Shown here piece after piece: positions 10,301 to 19,900 of a DNA stretch of 64,000 bases (positions within the stretch are counted from its first letter, which is position 1; the number at the start of each line of letters is the position of its first letter). The translations under genes and the position numbers were made by a program. Where the stretch lies: sequence record NC_048779.1; one strand, 5' to 3'. The notes under the pieces were generated by a model, which was not told the origin of the DNA, did no database searches, and saw nothing but the letters and a program-made list of their open reading frames with translations.

Positions 10301-12096
10301 TCGATCATTTGAAGCTCACCGATGCTGTTAGGAACGGAGGTATCAAACTCGATAGTAGTTGGAACTGGTGTTTCAGTATCCGGGCCTTCAGTGACGTCAA
10401 TAGAGATACCCGTAGTGGCTAGGATTAAACGATCACCTTGGATGGACTCGTGTATCCAACGAACGTAGATCGTACGACCTTGAGGCTCTTGGACATCCAA
10501 CCACATTTTCTCTGCATAACGGCTGATTTCGTACTCATACGTTTTACCAGACGTAGCTAAGATCTCAAAGTGAGTTGGTTCAATCGGACCTTTCTCACGT
10601 TGTGGGTTAAAGCCCGGTTCCACAGCACGATAGACTTGATCTAAGAAATCTTCTAAGTCATCATACTCACCACCGAAGGTGATTTCTTGACGACCATCCG
10701 CTTGGTTAATCGCTTTGAACGTTGGGTCAGAGTAAGAGGAACGATCGTAAGAATAACGAACATCGAACTTACTGCCGTCTTCAGTACCCGGTGCCTTCAG
10801 TACGAACGTGGTCGATTGACGCATGATCATAGGTTTAAAGGTCGGAACCACATCACTGAGTCGACAGTTCAACTCCAGTGTTTGCTCTACACCGTAAGTG
10901 GTAGGACGGAAAGCCGGTGACATTTCGTTAATACGAACGTGATCGGTGGCGTCAATCATGAACTTACGATCTAAGTCGGTCAGGAAGTGTTTCAGAATAT
11001 ACTGACCGTTCACCCAAGTAGGGTAAGAGTAAAGCTTAGGTGAATAAGCTCCATCAAACGGAACCGCTAACAACCAATAAGAACTACGGTATTGGTTAGG
11101 GTTGCCCGGCTGGGCTTCGTAGATGTGCTCATCTGCATCCAAGTTGTAAACTAGGGTTAATGTCCCACGTTGACTCGGAGTGGATGGTTTGTGTTCATTC
11201 AAACCCAGTAATTGAACTTTCTGACCATCAATCGCCAATTCATCTGAACGAGAACCATCACTGTAGTGAACCATTGCACGGAACGCTAGGTTCTGTAACA
11301 TGGTGTTAACTGGAACGTTCAATGTTTTCGGGTCACTGGTATTCAGGAACCAAGGGGCAAGTAGTTCAACATGTTTAATGTAACGTTTACCAACTTGATG
11401 GTCACGCAACATTGACGTATGTTGGACAGTAAGCGTTCGTGCTTTAGGAATTACATTACCTTTAGCGTCATACCAAACTAAGGTGGTACGCGAACCATCA
11501 GGTAGTTCGTCTGGGTTACGGTTCACTGAGAAAGGCTGTGTAATCATAATCTCTTTATTAGAGAGCTCATGATAAGCCGCCAGTGTAACCGGTACTCGGT
11601 CTGAAACTAACTGGTTGTTGTTAGAATAAACTACCGAGATAACTTTACCTTTGTCCCCAACGGTGTTGCCTTCGTAAAGTAACGCGTAAGCCGCACCCGG
11701 TGCCATGACCTGACCATCAATAACCGCACGGTTAGGACGTACAGAGTAGTCGATCGCAACGATGGCCTCACCTTGGAAACCAGAAGGTAAACCAAAGATG
11801 CCATCAACATCATTACCACCATCCCCAGTATTAAAGATAGGTTGGAGTGTTGATTTTAGATCCGATTCCCAGTTGACATGAGTAACCATGTACATTTGCT
11901 GAGCCTCAGGATCGAGCACCATTTCTTTTTCTCGGGGAACCACATAACGATGTGCTTCGCCCGGCTTCACTGTATCAGGATCGTAGATATCCCAAATGTA
12001 GTGAAGACGTCCACGGTCATTTTCATTAGGGAGCTGTGGACCAGCTCCCGGAATGACGGATGACTGAGACGGACTTTTTAAATCTTTCTCAAACAT
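7333..12096 (-). CDS. Virion structural protein (phiKZ gp26-like N-terminal ~570 aa) with a C-terminal ~1000-aa Ig-like repeat extension
   Basis: Track ORF 7333..12150; likely start MFEKDLK at 12096 (GAGG SD, 8-nt overlap with upstream stop). Third gene of the block divergent from the tail sheath, as for phiKZ gp26-28. Repeats begin after a Pro/Thr linker (EGPDTETPVPTT, ~10380). Confidence 0.7.
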   Translation of the reverse strand: MFEKDLKSPSQSSVIPGAGPQLPNENDRGRLHYIWDIYDPDTVKPGEAHRYVVPREKEMVLDPEAQQMYMVTHVNWESDLKSTLQPIFNTGDGGNDVDGIFGLPSGFQGEAIVAIDYSVRPNRAVIDGQVMAPGAAYALLYEGNTVGDKGKVISVVYSNNNQLVSDRVPVTLAAYHELSNKEIMITQPFSVNRNPDELPDGSRTTLVWYDAKGNVIPKARTLTVQHTSMLRDHQVGKRYIKHVELLAPWFLNTSDPKTLNVPVNTMLQNLAFRAMVHYSDGSRSDELAIDGQKVQLLGLNEHKPSTPSQRGTLTLVYNLDADEHIYEAQPGNPNQYRSSYWLLAVPFDGAYSPKLYSYPTWVNGQYILKHFLTDLDRKFMIDATDHVRINEMSPAFRPTTYGVEQTLELNCRLSDVVPTFKPMIMRQSTTFVLKAPGTEDGSKFDVRYSYDRSSYSDPTFKAINQADGRQEITFGGEYDDLEDFLDQVYRAVEPGFNPQREKGPIEPTHFEILATSGKTYEYEISRYAEKMWLDVQEPQGRTIYVRWIHESIQGDRLILATTGISIDVTEGPDTETPVPTTIEFDTSVPNSIGELQMIEFSGRVYDQKGALVTDGLTKMLVKGGVQHDTTPRKVDIGLDGTFRFFTWSERVSGATETFEFDFEVAGELPDYFLSKDIRITSNPEQQVGEFFPYTPTKVSINKAGRAYGQLLNSEGQPLRDTEFFSYMDDDLDSIRRETTDETGKFLLTRIRKEGQDRTTFKLVVMGNRHEHLIRWVETEPYGDRITLDVEDMSFVGNEPLSVKGLVYDQYGDLVDGVKVNIGYGPLWQPYAEANTAGAGKYELTGSPKEPGDVYQVVVWTDNSFAFGNVEWTEAPKIAHDIVMSPDNVPEAPAGTSVRIAGQLVDEEGNNFTSDSRTPVYMKELKDADETIIYAGFDGRFEAEVGPYGDWEETTFTFRLENGNQGSHSIRWMGEPPRLAKITFDDGLPVTGKVGESVTLSGKTFDQHDEAYLPGIPFEFEVEFAGTIEKAQSDGNGNWTYKAVGIKSGSTTYGFSANNRAVGSYTINFTGDITVTALPSDDRLFRVPYGMNRVIGWYVLDEDGKGKPGVELNVRQTSTIYSPERQLGTIVTDEHGIATYEAPYLEDEKHGVFFASLGLKEAQVVVKWSDETGISVTMTQMSVPAITYGRELLFTGVMLDENGDPLIPDNVSTGIILGGYDRSTFEHIPVSIREQDSVTGEFTAYMINDTFVTKDIVLYNEVNNELHTVEWAVPDITGAYIEWDVDQLPTAVIAGEELPVTGKIYQSNGALYTPRIPEKLSVRTDEGPQADANIMPDGTIRMTLTSESRGVYTYSLYRELGDVIDDSIEIEWVENASVTVAPYSFDEVPQGESGEVWLIYKQDGNQPIQYRNVLVAVGSPGPGNVPRTLTTDEFGIVKVTLPYNDAKSSDTVTGILGETVPLAIHNLTWVEDTVKVGTSFRDLSIPTKVEIGAEVEAVGEVLDKSGALTDYNGVGIYDKTTHTFHENAVNSDGSFSVKLGPLDEGDHHLVVYTGAEISEHVVRWDSSFVNFDSVGIDESSNRVALITK
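7790..7809. repeat. 20-bp direct repeat copy
   Basis: Identical to 3949-3968 and 6043-6062; lies in the neighbouring gene. Confidence 0.85.
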
Positions 12097-14671
12097 GTTT
12101 AACCTCGAAGTGTCCATTCGTGTTAACTCGACTCTGTAAGAAAATCTCATTAACTCTTTGGATAAAGATGAGTTCCTTAGGAGACACTGCCACTAAGGTT
12201 TGTTGAACGTAAGGGAATATCGCAAAGTAGCGTCGATCGTATTCACGGGTTACAGGGTCGTGCTCTAATAACCATTGGAAACTTGCTGTCTTCCGTAATA
12301 CATAGTCTTCAGAGTAAGATTCACCCGGAGGTAGGTCGTCCAGTTGAATAATACCTAAAAGTAACTGGTTGACCACCGCATTCATAAATGGACTGAATAC
12401 TCGGTATTTATCCATCAACGATGGAATAACCTGAGGCTCAGGTTTACGAGCAAATAACGTTAAGTAGTCACTCATCCGCTTATCTTGATCCCGTGCTTCT
12501 TCCCATCCTGCCGTCAAGTCGTAAGGGACCCAATTGCGGAGAGGAAGATACCAGTGTTTAACCCCATAAGGTAACCCGTTGTACGGGTTAAGCAGTTCAC
12601 TCGGAGCATGATGTTCCGCCGCAGGGACCTTACTAGGGTCCCAAACCTTACCGCCGATAGTCGTACGAGTAACACGGTCTTCACGCAAGTTATAACGTGT
12701 GTTATGACCAATTACGCCACCCATGACGTACCCAAGTTCAGTTTGCTCCAATGGTTCGGTTTCACCCACTGGGCTCCACTCACTACAATAAAGAACAAAG
12801 TCATTACCATCGGCCTTTAAGTACTGATGGTTGACAATGTAAATGTGAGGGAAACGCACCACGTAGTCAACGTTCTCAATTAAGGAATGACGATTCATGA
12901 TCACCATGATGTTAGCCGGAGCAACATCAGTCAACATACCACCTTGGGCCCATTCTTCAGTCACACTGAAAGATAAGGAATTATCAATGTGATCCAAAGT
13001 AAACTCTTTGTATAACGTTTGGTCATTATACAAAATCATTCCAATGAACATTGAACTCGGTAATAACCAAACCACTTTACCAGTTGTACGATCGAAAGTG
13101 TAATGTTCCCCTTCAACTGCACGGTAACGCTCACCGACTAAGTTGCCTTCCGTTGTTACTTTCTGGTAATAGAAGCGCGGTGTGGTTTCTTTGTCTACCA
13201 CCATTGGGTCTCTACCGATATCCATGTGAACGCGTAACCCCGGTTTCCCCGGGTAGAACTCAACCAAATGAGTATCGCTCGAAGGGAGCACATGACGTAT
13301 CTTTTCAAAGTCACGCATTCTCAGGAACAGTCCATCTTTGTCGTATTCAAACATAGTTAAATGTTCACGACACGCGGGAGGAACATCGAGTTCCATTCCT
13401 GATTCCGGGTCGTAAGTGAATGGTGTTCCGCATAACACTTGGGTGGCGCGGTTGTAACCCACAGCAGTTACTGCCTGTTCGTGTGTTAAGTCCCCGTAGT
13501 TGCGATCTAAGTACAAGTTCGTTTCTGCGTTTTCCAATTCACGAGCCGACCATTCTTTCATGGTGGAGTTGATACCGATTAACGCTCCCATGATACCGTC
13601 ATCGTTCATTCGGTATAAATAACGGACGCCGCTGGACTCGTACTGCATCTCTTGAGCGTAATCGTTTTTACGGTAGATCAGACGAAGGTAACGAGTTTCG
13701 TTTTTCAACATGTCCTCTAAGTTACCCATGTCATCCACTAACGTTGCATCCACCGAATAGTCACAATGAGTGAGTTGTCGGAAGTTAGATGCACGATTTC
13801 GGTGAAGGTAAATGCCACGCCCATTTTTATCAACCAAATAAAAAGAAACATCGGTCACATAGCGGTAGGAGAAATCCCCTTCCACCTTCTTAGGATGAAC
13901 GATCAACTTACGGGTTTCATCGCGTTCCGAGTAGAAGTTATTTAAACTATCCACCTCGTACAGTTCCGTTTTCCAAACGCTCGGGTCGTTGGTTATCTCT
14001 ATAGTTTCAAAACCCAACAACAAACTATCGGCAGGGAACCCATCCCACAAATACCCGTTAAGGTAAACCGAGGTGAGCCCGGGAAGTTTCTTATACTCAC
14101 TGTAAATGATCTTCATCCGATCTTTTTCTTCAGCGGTATTCCCGTTGTTTGAAGTGAAGCGAGGCCAGTCCGTCTGATCAGGGTTAGTCACCGGGTCGTA
14201 CAGTTCTGTTTGAACTGTATAACAGTGTAAGTAACGTGCATTTTCCCAACCGTACTTAAAGGCTTGTAGTTTTTGAATAGCGAGGATGTGCTGACCATCA
14301 TAAGTGGACATCACCCAACATTTGTCTCGAGGATATAAACGACCGTCGTCTCCGTAGATGTCAATGATCATTCCTCGGTCTTTACAGATCTTGGCTACGT
14401 TTATCCATTCGTTCACCGGATCCACTCGTGTAAGTAGATCTTGAAAGTTCCATGTCGAGCCGTCAAAGCCCGCCATGTTAAACATTAAAAAATATTCTCT
14501 TTCTATCGGTGTTTTGATGTAACGTCCCATGAATTGGAAAACGTCTATATACCCTACGTCCGGGGAGACTTGAGTCAGCTGTAATTGGAACTGACGAGCC
14601 ACCCCGGGATTAGAGTACATCTCTTTAATGGCATAACGTGCTAAGGGGCTGCTGTAGTTATTGGCTGTCAT
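12089..14671 (-). CDS. Virion structural (baseplate/tail-associated) protein, phiKZ gp27-like, 860 aa
   Basis: Long ORF; size and synteny with the gp26-gp30 block. Confidence 0.65.
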   Translation of the reverse strand: MTANNYSSPLARYAIKEMYSNPGVARQFQLQLTQVSPDVGYIDVFQFMGRYIKTPIEREYFLMFNMAGFDGSTWNFQDLLTRVDPVNEWINVAKICKDRGMIIDIYGDDGRLYPRDKCWVMSTYDGQHILAIQKLQAFKYGWENARYLHCYTVQTELYDPVTNPDQTDWPRFTSNNGNTAEEKDRMKIIYSEYKKLPGLTSVYLNGYLWDGFPADSLLLGFETIEITNDPSVWKTELYEVDSLNNFYSERDETRKLIVHPKKVEGDFSYRYVTDVSFYLVDKNGRGIYLHRNRASNFRQLTHCDYSVDATLVDDMGNLEDMLKNETRYLRLIYRKNDYAQEMQYESSGVRYLYRMNDDGIMGALIGINSTMKEWSARELENAETNLYLDRNYGDLTHEQAVTAVGYNRATQVLCGTPFTYDPESGMELDVPPACREHLTMFEYDKDGLFLRMRDFEKIRHVLPSSDTHLVEFYPGKPGLRVHMDIGRDPMVVDKETTPRFYYQKVTTEGNLVGERYRAVEGEHYTFDRTTGKVVWLLPSSMFIGMILYNDQTLYKEFTLDHIDNSLSFSVTEEWAQGGMLTDVAPANIMVIMNRHSLIENVDYVVRFPHIYIVNHQYLKADGNDFVLYCSEWSPVGETEPLEQTELGYVMGGVIGHNTRYNLREDRVTRTTIGGKVWDPSKVPAAEHHAPSELLNPYNGLPYGVKHWYLPLRNWVPYDLTAGWEEARDQDKRMSDYLTLFARKPEPQVIPSLMDKYRVFSPFMNAVVNQLLLGIIQLDDLPPGESYSEDYVLRKTASFQWLLEHDPVTREYDRRYFAIFPYVQQTLVAVSPKELIFIQRVNEIFLQSRVNTNGHFEVKHV

Positions 14672-14695
14672 AAAGACCCCTTGACGTGGAAATGG

Positions 14696-15574
14696 TTAAA
14701 GGATGATAGGGTAAGAGTTAGTGATGGTCATCATCAATGAACGGTTACCTTTTTCGTTGAACTTAGGATCCAGTTGCATGCCGAGTGGTGTTTTGCCGTA
14801 AGCGTTTTTATTCGCCACAGTAGCCGCACACATCCCGATTAACAGTGGTGGGTGTTCTAGACCCGCACCAACAATCTGTTTACCTGTTGCCGAATACCAG
14901 ATGCGCTGACCTAAAGCAATAAGGTCTTTAAGTTGTAAGTTCTTCAACTTGTACATGCCCGGGTAGTTAACCAAAGCATCGCGTAATAAAGAAAGAGAGT
15001 TAATGTAACCAACTTGCTCCAGTACTTCTAAGCTGCGTTCTCGAGGAATACCCATCGATTGTTGACACATGTTCTGAGTAACAAAAACCAAATCACCTTC
15101 ATCCGCATTAATCAAACAGTTGTAGTAATGAAACAAAATGATGTAAATGGTTAGAGCTTTGTCTTCTTCTAAGCCCGATTGACGGATAATCTGAGAACCC
15201 CAAGAACGCGCCAGTGCACGAGCAATCACACTTGATGTACTGCGGATCACACTCATATTACCGGTGATCAAATCTTGTTGAACGTATGAGGTAACCAGCA
15301 ACGCCGTACGTTCCGCGTTATTGGTAACCGCACCATTTTTGTTGGTATACGGACGGTCGTCCATGACAGTGATAGGTTTACGATCAATACCTACCATAGA
15401 AAGAGGGAAGTTAAGGAAAGGGATACCTTGACCATTGTTGTGAGTAATAGTGTGCACACCGTCGCCGAGATCTACCAAGTCCTTAATTAAGGCTAAACGC
15501 TTTAGCGTAGTAGGAACGTGGTCGAGGTGCGCTAATGGTTTACCCACGTAAGTGTCGTAAGCATTAGAAAACAT
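14696..15574 (-). CDS. Virion structural protein, phiKZ gp28-like, 292 aa
   Basis: GGAG SD; divergent from tail sheath; size and synteny. Confidence 0.6.
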   Translation of the reverse strand: MFSNAYDTYVGKPLAHLDHVPTTLKRLALIKDLVDLGDGVHTITHNNGQGIPFLNFPLSMVGIDRKPITVMDDRPYTNKNGAVTNNAERTALLVTSYVQQDLITGNMSVIRSTSSVIARALARSWGSQIIRQSGLEEDKALTIYIILFHYYNCLINADEGDLVFVTQNMCQQSMGIPRERSLEVLEQVGYINSLSLLRDALVNYPGMYKLKNLQLKDLIALGQRIWYSATGKQIVGAGLEHPPLLIGMCAATVANKNAYGKTPLGMQLDPKFNEKGNRSLMMTITNSYPIIL

Positions 15575-15719
15575 GATAATCTCCGTATTGAATCCTATGT
15601 AGAAACTTACTTTCTACGTTTCAGTTATAAGACAGCATTTTCCTGTCATACGATTGATGGGAAGTGAGTTTTTTGATCAAAAAACTTGTACTTAACAACA
15701 ATAACCAACGGAGTTATTT

Positions 15720-17855
15720 ATGTCCATTACATCTATTGTTCCGGGACAAGTCCGTAACCAAGGTATCGGTGATGATTCACGACCTGTCGTGGTTCCTCAA
15801 CTCGCTACCTATCCTTGTAACTTCCCAGTTATTAGTTTGGTTACACCTAAGGGCGTTCTCGGACAGAAGTACATTAACATGAGTGATTTTGGTAGTCTTT
15901 ACGGAGACGTCCAAGATACTGATGGACCGTACTACAACCCTATTGCTGCGTTAATCCATTCTTTATCGAGTGGTGGTCAAGCATCATTCGGTGTTCGTCG
16001 TCTAACTGCTAACCAAAAAATTGCTCGTGTAGCAGTTGGTGTGAAAGTGGTTAAAGGTGACATCGACCAGTACAAACGTGATGCATCTAAACAGTTCATC
16101 CTAGATGAGTCTGGTGCGCGTGTTCCTGTAGATAGCGGTGACCTAACCCTTCCGGGCATCAAAATCACTCCGATGCTAATCGACACCACGGACGAAGACT
16201 ATAAAGGTCTTAAGCCGATCACTGGTGAAGGTTCTGGTCCGGATGATTCTTTCACCATCTACCCGCTTTACGAACTACCAGCAGGTATCGGTGACGCTTA
16301 CAACCGCATGGGTCACTTTGCAGGTATTTCTAACTCAGCTGACTTTGGTAACATTTCAGAGTTCGTTAACCAGTTTGGTGTCTTCCCGTTCAACATGAAG
16401 TTGTACGAGAAAACCACACAAGGTGTTCCTGTGCTAGCTAAGACGCTGAACAACACTGAAGAAGTGACGTTCACGTTATTTGACACTCGTGCTAACAATG
16501 TTCGTTACGGTGTTAAAGAAGCGATTGGTGCGTACACTGGTGCAACGGCTAACCGTCCGATGACTCCTCGTTCTGCTCCGTTCTACGAAGCTCACGTTTA
16601 CCACGAGTCTATTGAAGCTCTGTGTAAAGAACTTTACGCAGTAGAAGAAGCGGCTCACCCAGATAACTTGGTTTACTTGGAAGGTGTTAAACCTTACAAA
16701 CAAATGAACCCGTTGACTGCGGTTAACCACGAAGGCATCCCTTACTACGCAATCGAGATCGATGCGCCGACTCGTTTGTTTAACATGGGTGCTCAACTGA
16801 ACGCTAAAGGTGGTATCTCTCCATTCCTAACGGATAAGATGGAAGCTCCAGAAGGCGTGACGTTATCTCGTGAGTACAACTTCGATGAGTCTAAAGGTCC
16901 AATTGAAGAATTGAACCGTAAAGACGCATGGGCGGTAACACAAGCATTGGTACTTGCGGATATCATGAAATACCGTAAGTCTCTAGAAATCCTAGACTGG
17001 ACTCGTAACCGTCAATCTATTATCTTTGATGTTGGTTTCAACTCAGAGATTGTTGACGAACTAATCCAACTGCTTGCAACGCGTAAAGATCACACTGCGA
17101 TCTTTGCTTCAGCTGAATGGCTGAAGAAAGCAACGATCGAAGAGCATTACTCTCGTCAAACGTACATCACTAACCGTCTTCGTCTGATCCCTGAATCAGA
17201 GAAATACGGCACACCTGCATGTCGTGCGATGATTGCAATGTGGGAAATGGCTAAGATTAACGAAGAGTCTGGCGAGCGTTTCTCCCACGTACTGGACCTT
17301 GCCACCGCTATGGCTCGATTCGGCGGAAACGCTCAAGGTCAGTTACTGAAAGCGAATTCTCCAGATCACGCGGATAACCGTCTTCTAACTACCATGTACG
17401 ATCCAACGGTAGATCTAGAAGCTGATCCTAACGGAGCAAGTAACTTCGATAACGGCGCTTGTACACTTCGTCCTTACAACCAAGAACAATTGTACCGTCC
17501 TGCTCTCCCTACAGTTTACCCTTACCAAGATTCAGTTCTTAAGGACTGGACCACGGTATTCACAGCGGTAAACGTTGAGAAGATCATCGCAGATACTTGG
17601 ACACTGGTTTCAGGTGACACGACTATCACCGCAGAAGAATACGCTGCAATCGTGAAAGATCGTGCTGAGACTCAATGTCGTAAAAACTTAGGTACTATGT
17701 TCGAAAGTCTGGTAGTGGAACCAACGTACAACGAAGGTGCTGCTGATTCTCGTTCTGTTCTTTACGTAACTGGTTACGTCGAGTTCCGTAAAGGCAAGTA
17801 CATGATGGACATGTCTCTCGTTGCGCGCAACGAGCAAGACTCAGCTGAGGGGTAA
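15720..17855 (+). CDS. Contractile tail sheath protein (phiKZ gp29-like), 711 aa
   Basis: GGAG SD; strong codon bias typical of an abundant protein; C-terminal sheath-like region (PESEKYGTPACRA ... PALPTVY ... KGKYMM); followed by tube gene. Confidence 0.85.
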   Translation: MSITSIVPGQVRNQGIGDDSRPVVVPQLATYPCNFPVISLVTPKGVLGQKYINMSDFGSLYGDVQDTDGPYYNPIAALIHSLSSGGQASFGVRRLTANQKIARVAVGVKVVKGDIDQYKRDASKQFILDESGARVPVDSGDLTLPGIKITPMLIDTTDEDYKGLKPITGEGSGPDDSFTIYPLYELPAGIGDAYNRMGHFAGISNSADFGNISEFVNQFGVFPFNMKLYEKTTQGVPVLAKTLNNTEEVTFTLFDTRANNVRYGVKEAIGAYTGATANRPMTPRSAPFYEAHVYHESIEALCKELYAVEEAAHPDNLVYLEGVKPYKQMNPLTAVNHEGIPYYAIEIDAPTRLFNMGAQLNAKGGISPFLTDKMEAPEGVTLSREYNFDESKGPIEELNRKDAWAVTQALVLADIMKYRKSLEILDWTRNRQSIIFDVGFNSEIVDELIQLLATRKDHTAIFASAEWLKKATIEEHYSRQTYITNRLRLIPESEKYGTPACRAMIAMWEMAKINEESGERFSHVLDLATAMARFGGNAQGQLLKANSPDHADNRLLTTMYDPTVDLEADPNGASNFDNGACTLRPYNQEQLYRPALPTVYPYQDSVLKDWTTVFTAVNVEKIIADTWTLVSGDTTITAEEYAAIVKDRAETQCRKNLGTMFESLVVEPTYNEGAADSRSVLYVTGYVEFRKGKYMMDMSLVARNEQDSAEG

Positions 17856-17859
17856 ATAG

Positions 17860-18759
17860 ATGTCTACTTCTAACCAACCGCATCGCGGTAATAAAACCCT
17901 ATTGTCTGAATCGTCCGCCTTCTTTACCAACACCGACCGCGACAATCGTCCTACGTTGGATGGTACACAAGGTGGTCAGTACGGCTTTGCGCCTGATTCA
18001 TACGCTTACGTCAGTGAGCACCCGCATATCGATCAACAGGGTTGGTGTTTCGTAATGTCAACCCCGTCGGTATTTAGTCGCCTTCCAGCGGGTAACTACC
18101 TACACGCTCTAACTAAAGCGTGGTTCGAAACTCGCGCTCGTACATGGCAAGGTCCAACCGACCGTACTGAACTAGAGTTCGGTGACGTTCGTTGGTCTGG
18201 TCGTACGTTAAGCGTGCCGACTGGTGGTACTCGTACCCTAGGTCCAATTTCATTCCAAGGTAATGATGTAGCTGGTGAGGTGTTCACCAACCTACACTCT
18301 ATCTGGGTGAAGTGGGCAGGTCACGATACTGATATCGGTGCGCCTCGTGCAGTGGTTCTGGATGATCCGGGTGATCTACTAATCGATGAACGTTCAGCGA
18401 CTCTGTTGATGTTCAACACCACTGAAAACATGCGTGATATTGCACATGCGGCAATCACCATGGCAGTAATGCCTCGCTCTACAGTAGAAGTCGGCATTCG
18501 TCGTAATAAAGACGAAGCTGGTCAAATTCGTGAGATCAACCAAGAATACACTGGTCTGACAGAATTCGATACTTTGGCTGTTCGCGAAGTGGCTCGTACT
18601 TTCTTGAAGAAGCTTCCGTTGTACAACAACATCGGTGCGTCTATCCCTGCTGGCTTTAAAGACCGCACAGCGGTACTAGAGTCCCTCCGTGATGTTGGTA
18701 TCATGGAGCAGATGAAAGATCGTGCTTCTCAAGTGAAGAACAAAAACGCGATGGTTTAA
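17860..18759 (+). CDS. Tail tube protein (phiKZ gp30-like), 299 aa
   Basis: 4 nt downstream of sheath stop; size and synteny match the jumbo-phage sheath-tube pair. Confidence 0.75.
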   Translation: MSTSNQPHRGNKTLLSESSAFFTNTDRDNRPTLDGTQGGQYGFAPDSYAYVSEHPHIDQQGWCFVMSTPSVFSRLPAGNYLHALTKAWFETRARTWQGPTDRTELEFGDVRWSGRTLSVPTGGTRTLGPISFQGNDVAGEVFTNLHSIWVKWAGHDTDIGAPRAVVLDDPGDLLIDERSATLLMFNTTENMRDIAHAAITMAVMPRSTVEVGIRRNKDEAGQIREINQEYTGLTEFDTLAVREVARTFLKKLPLYNNIGASIPAGFKDRTAVLESLRDVGIMEQMKDRASQVKNKNAMV

Positions 18760-18793
18760 TAACCTGAACGAAAAAAAAATAAACTGAAAGGTT

Positions 18794-18822
18794 CCTCCTA
18801 CTACCCATCGGGTAGTAGGAGG
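18794..18822. terminator. Bidirectional intrinsic terminator between convergent tail tube and accessory operon
   Basis: Perfect 13-bp inverted repeat cctcctactaccc/gggtagtaggagg; T-rich on the right, A9TA3 at 18771-18783. Confidence 0.8.
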
Positions 18823-18877
18823 TTTTCTGCATTCTGTTTATTTTAAGCGGGTTCCGGTACTTCATATTAACGCCCGA

Positions 18878-19147
18878 TCAAGAAAGGACACCAACAAGGA
18901 TGTTAGTCAACACTACAGTTCCAACGGTACTCCAGATAGCATCAGTACGTGCATCACTACCGTAAGTATCTTCTTCTGAAGTATTCATAGTAGCAAAAGT
19001 GGTACCCGCCGCAGTGACTGCAAGTTTACGCCCCGGTAGTTCGTCATTAAATGCGGTTACGATTCCGCCAATTGCTAAACCAGTAACGGCTTTGATTGCA
19101 CGAAGTTCATTGATGCTTGGTTTGTTCTTTACAATGTCCATAGTCAT
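18878..19147 (-). CDS. Small hydrophobic hypothetical protein, 89 aa
   Basis: AAGGA SD; hydrophobic Gly/Ala-rich segments; directly behind early promoter motif. Confidence 0.65.
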   Translation of the reverse strand: MTMDIVKNKPSINELRAIKAVTGLAIGGIVTAFNDELPGRKLAVTAAGTTFATMNTSEEDTYGSDARTDAIWSTVGTVVLTNILVGVLS

Positions 19148-19200
19148 TTCCTTATTAAAGGTTAATTAAGTTTAAGAATAACGCATTGTTATTCACTTAA

Positions 19201-19217
19201 GTTATATAGACTTGAAA
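19201..19217 (-). promoter_or_regulatory. Putative early (vRNAP) promoter TTTCAAGTCTATATAAC
   Basis: 17-bp exact match to 30644-30660; resembles the phiKZ early TATATTAC motif; upstream of a hairpin and SD. Confidence 0.65.
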
Positions 19218-19228
19218 GTTGTTGTATG

Positions 19229-19528
19229 TTAAATGGTTATAGTTAAACAGATTTGTTCCCCGGTAGGAAAGGTACCGTATTTAATCTTAACGTATTTTTG
19301 TCCGTTAATTAAACGATGTTTTTCTTCATCCAATTCACATTGAATAAGTTCATCACCCGTAAGGATGAAATAGTCGTAAGCACCTTCACCATCATTGGTT
19401 GGGAAGATGTCTGTGATGCGTCCGCTGGCTTCATTGGTTTCGTAATTAATGTTACACCAAAGCAGAAACGAAATTAAGAAACTAATTAACCCGTAAATTG
19501 GTGTTTTAATTAATGTGGTTGCTTTCAT
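19229..19528 (-). CDS. N-terminally membrane-anchored hypothetical protein, 99 aa (paralog of next ORF)
   Basis: Hydrophobic N-terminus; shared C.L.EE...L.NG..[YF]V...Y.....GE..C pattern. Confidence 0.7.
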   Translation of the reverse strand: MKATTLIKTPIYGLISFLISFLLWCNINYETNEASGRITDIFPTNDGEGAYDYFILTGDELIQCELDEEKHRLINGQKYVKIKYGTFPTGEQICLTITI

Positions 19529-19899
19529 TATCCTTCCTTAACCGGCACTAGGTTCATGCAACGGTACTCACCGTTATCCATCATCTCATAAGTCATGTTA
19601 ACGAAATTAGTTCCGTTTAACAAACTGTATTGTTCTTCTTTTAATATGCACGAAACTATCTTTCTTTCTATTAAGACTTCTATCTCGTAACGCACAAAGG
19701 AACGGCTTTCTGGTTCGATACGTTTAGCCTCACCGACGGTTGGGAAGTTGATAGTGTCGATCTGATGCACTTCCTCACGGATATTGACTATCTCACCTTC
19801 TGATTCATAAGTATTAGGGATTAGACTCATAACTAATTGATAACCAATCGCTAACAATGTTGCGATAACAAGAATCTTCAAGTTTTCCTTTTTAAACAT
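19528..19899 (-). CDS. N-terminally membrane-anchored hypothetical protein, ~123 aa
   Basis: Likely start MFKKENLK at 19899 (AAGGA SD); TM segment ILVIATLLAIGYQLVM; paralog of 19229..19528. Confidence 0.7.
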   Translation of the reverse strand: MFKKENLKILVIATLLAIGYQLVMSLIPNTYESEGEIVNIREEVHQIDTINFPTVGEAKRIEPESRSFVRYEIEVLIERKIVSCILKEEQYSLLNGTNFVNMTYEMMDNGEYRCMNLVPVKEG

Positions 19900-19900
19900 C

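Noticed and set aside
1-10380. Diversity-generating retroelement acting on the Ig repeats
   Set aside because: No ~100-bp template/variable repeat pair with adenine-only differences was noticed, and there is no reverse transcriptase in the window.
15575-15719. Late promoters (TATG at 15596-15599 on +, 15647-15650 on -) between sheath and gp28-like genes
   Set aside because: A 4-bp motif occurs too often by chance to be supported without TSS data.
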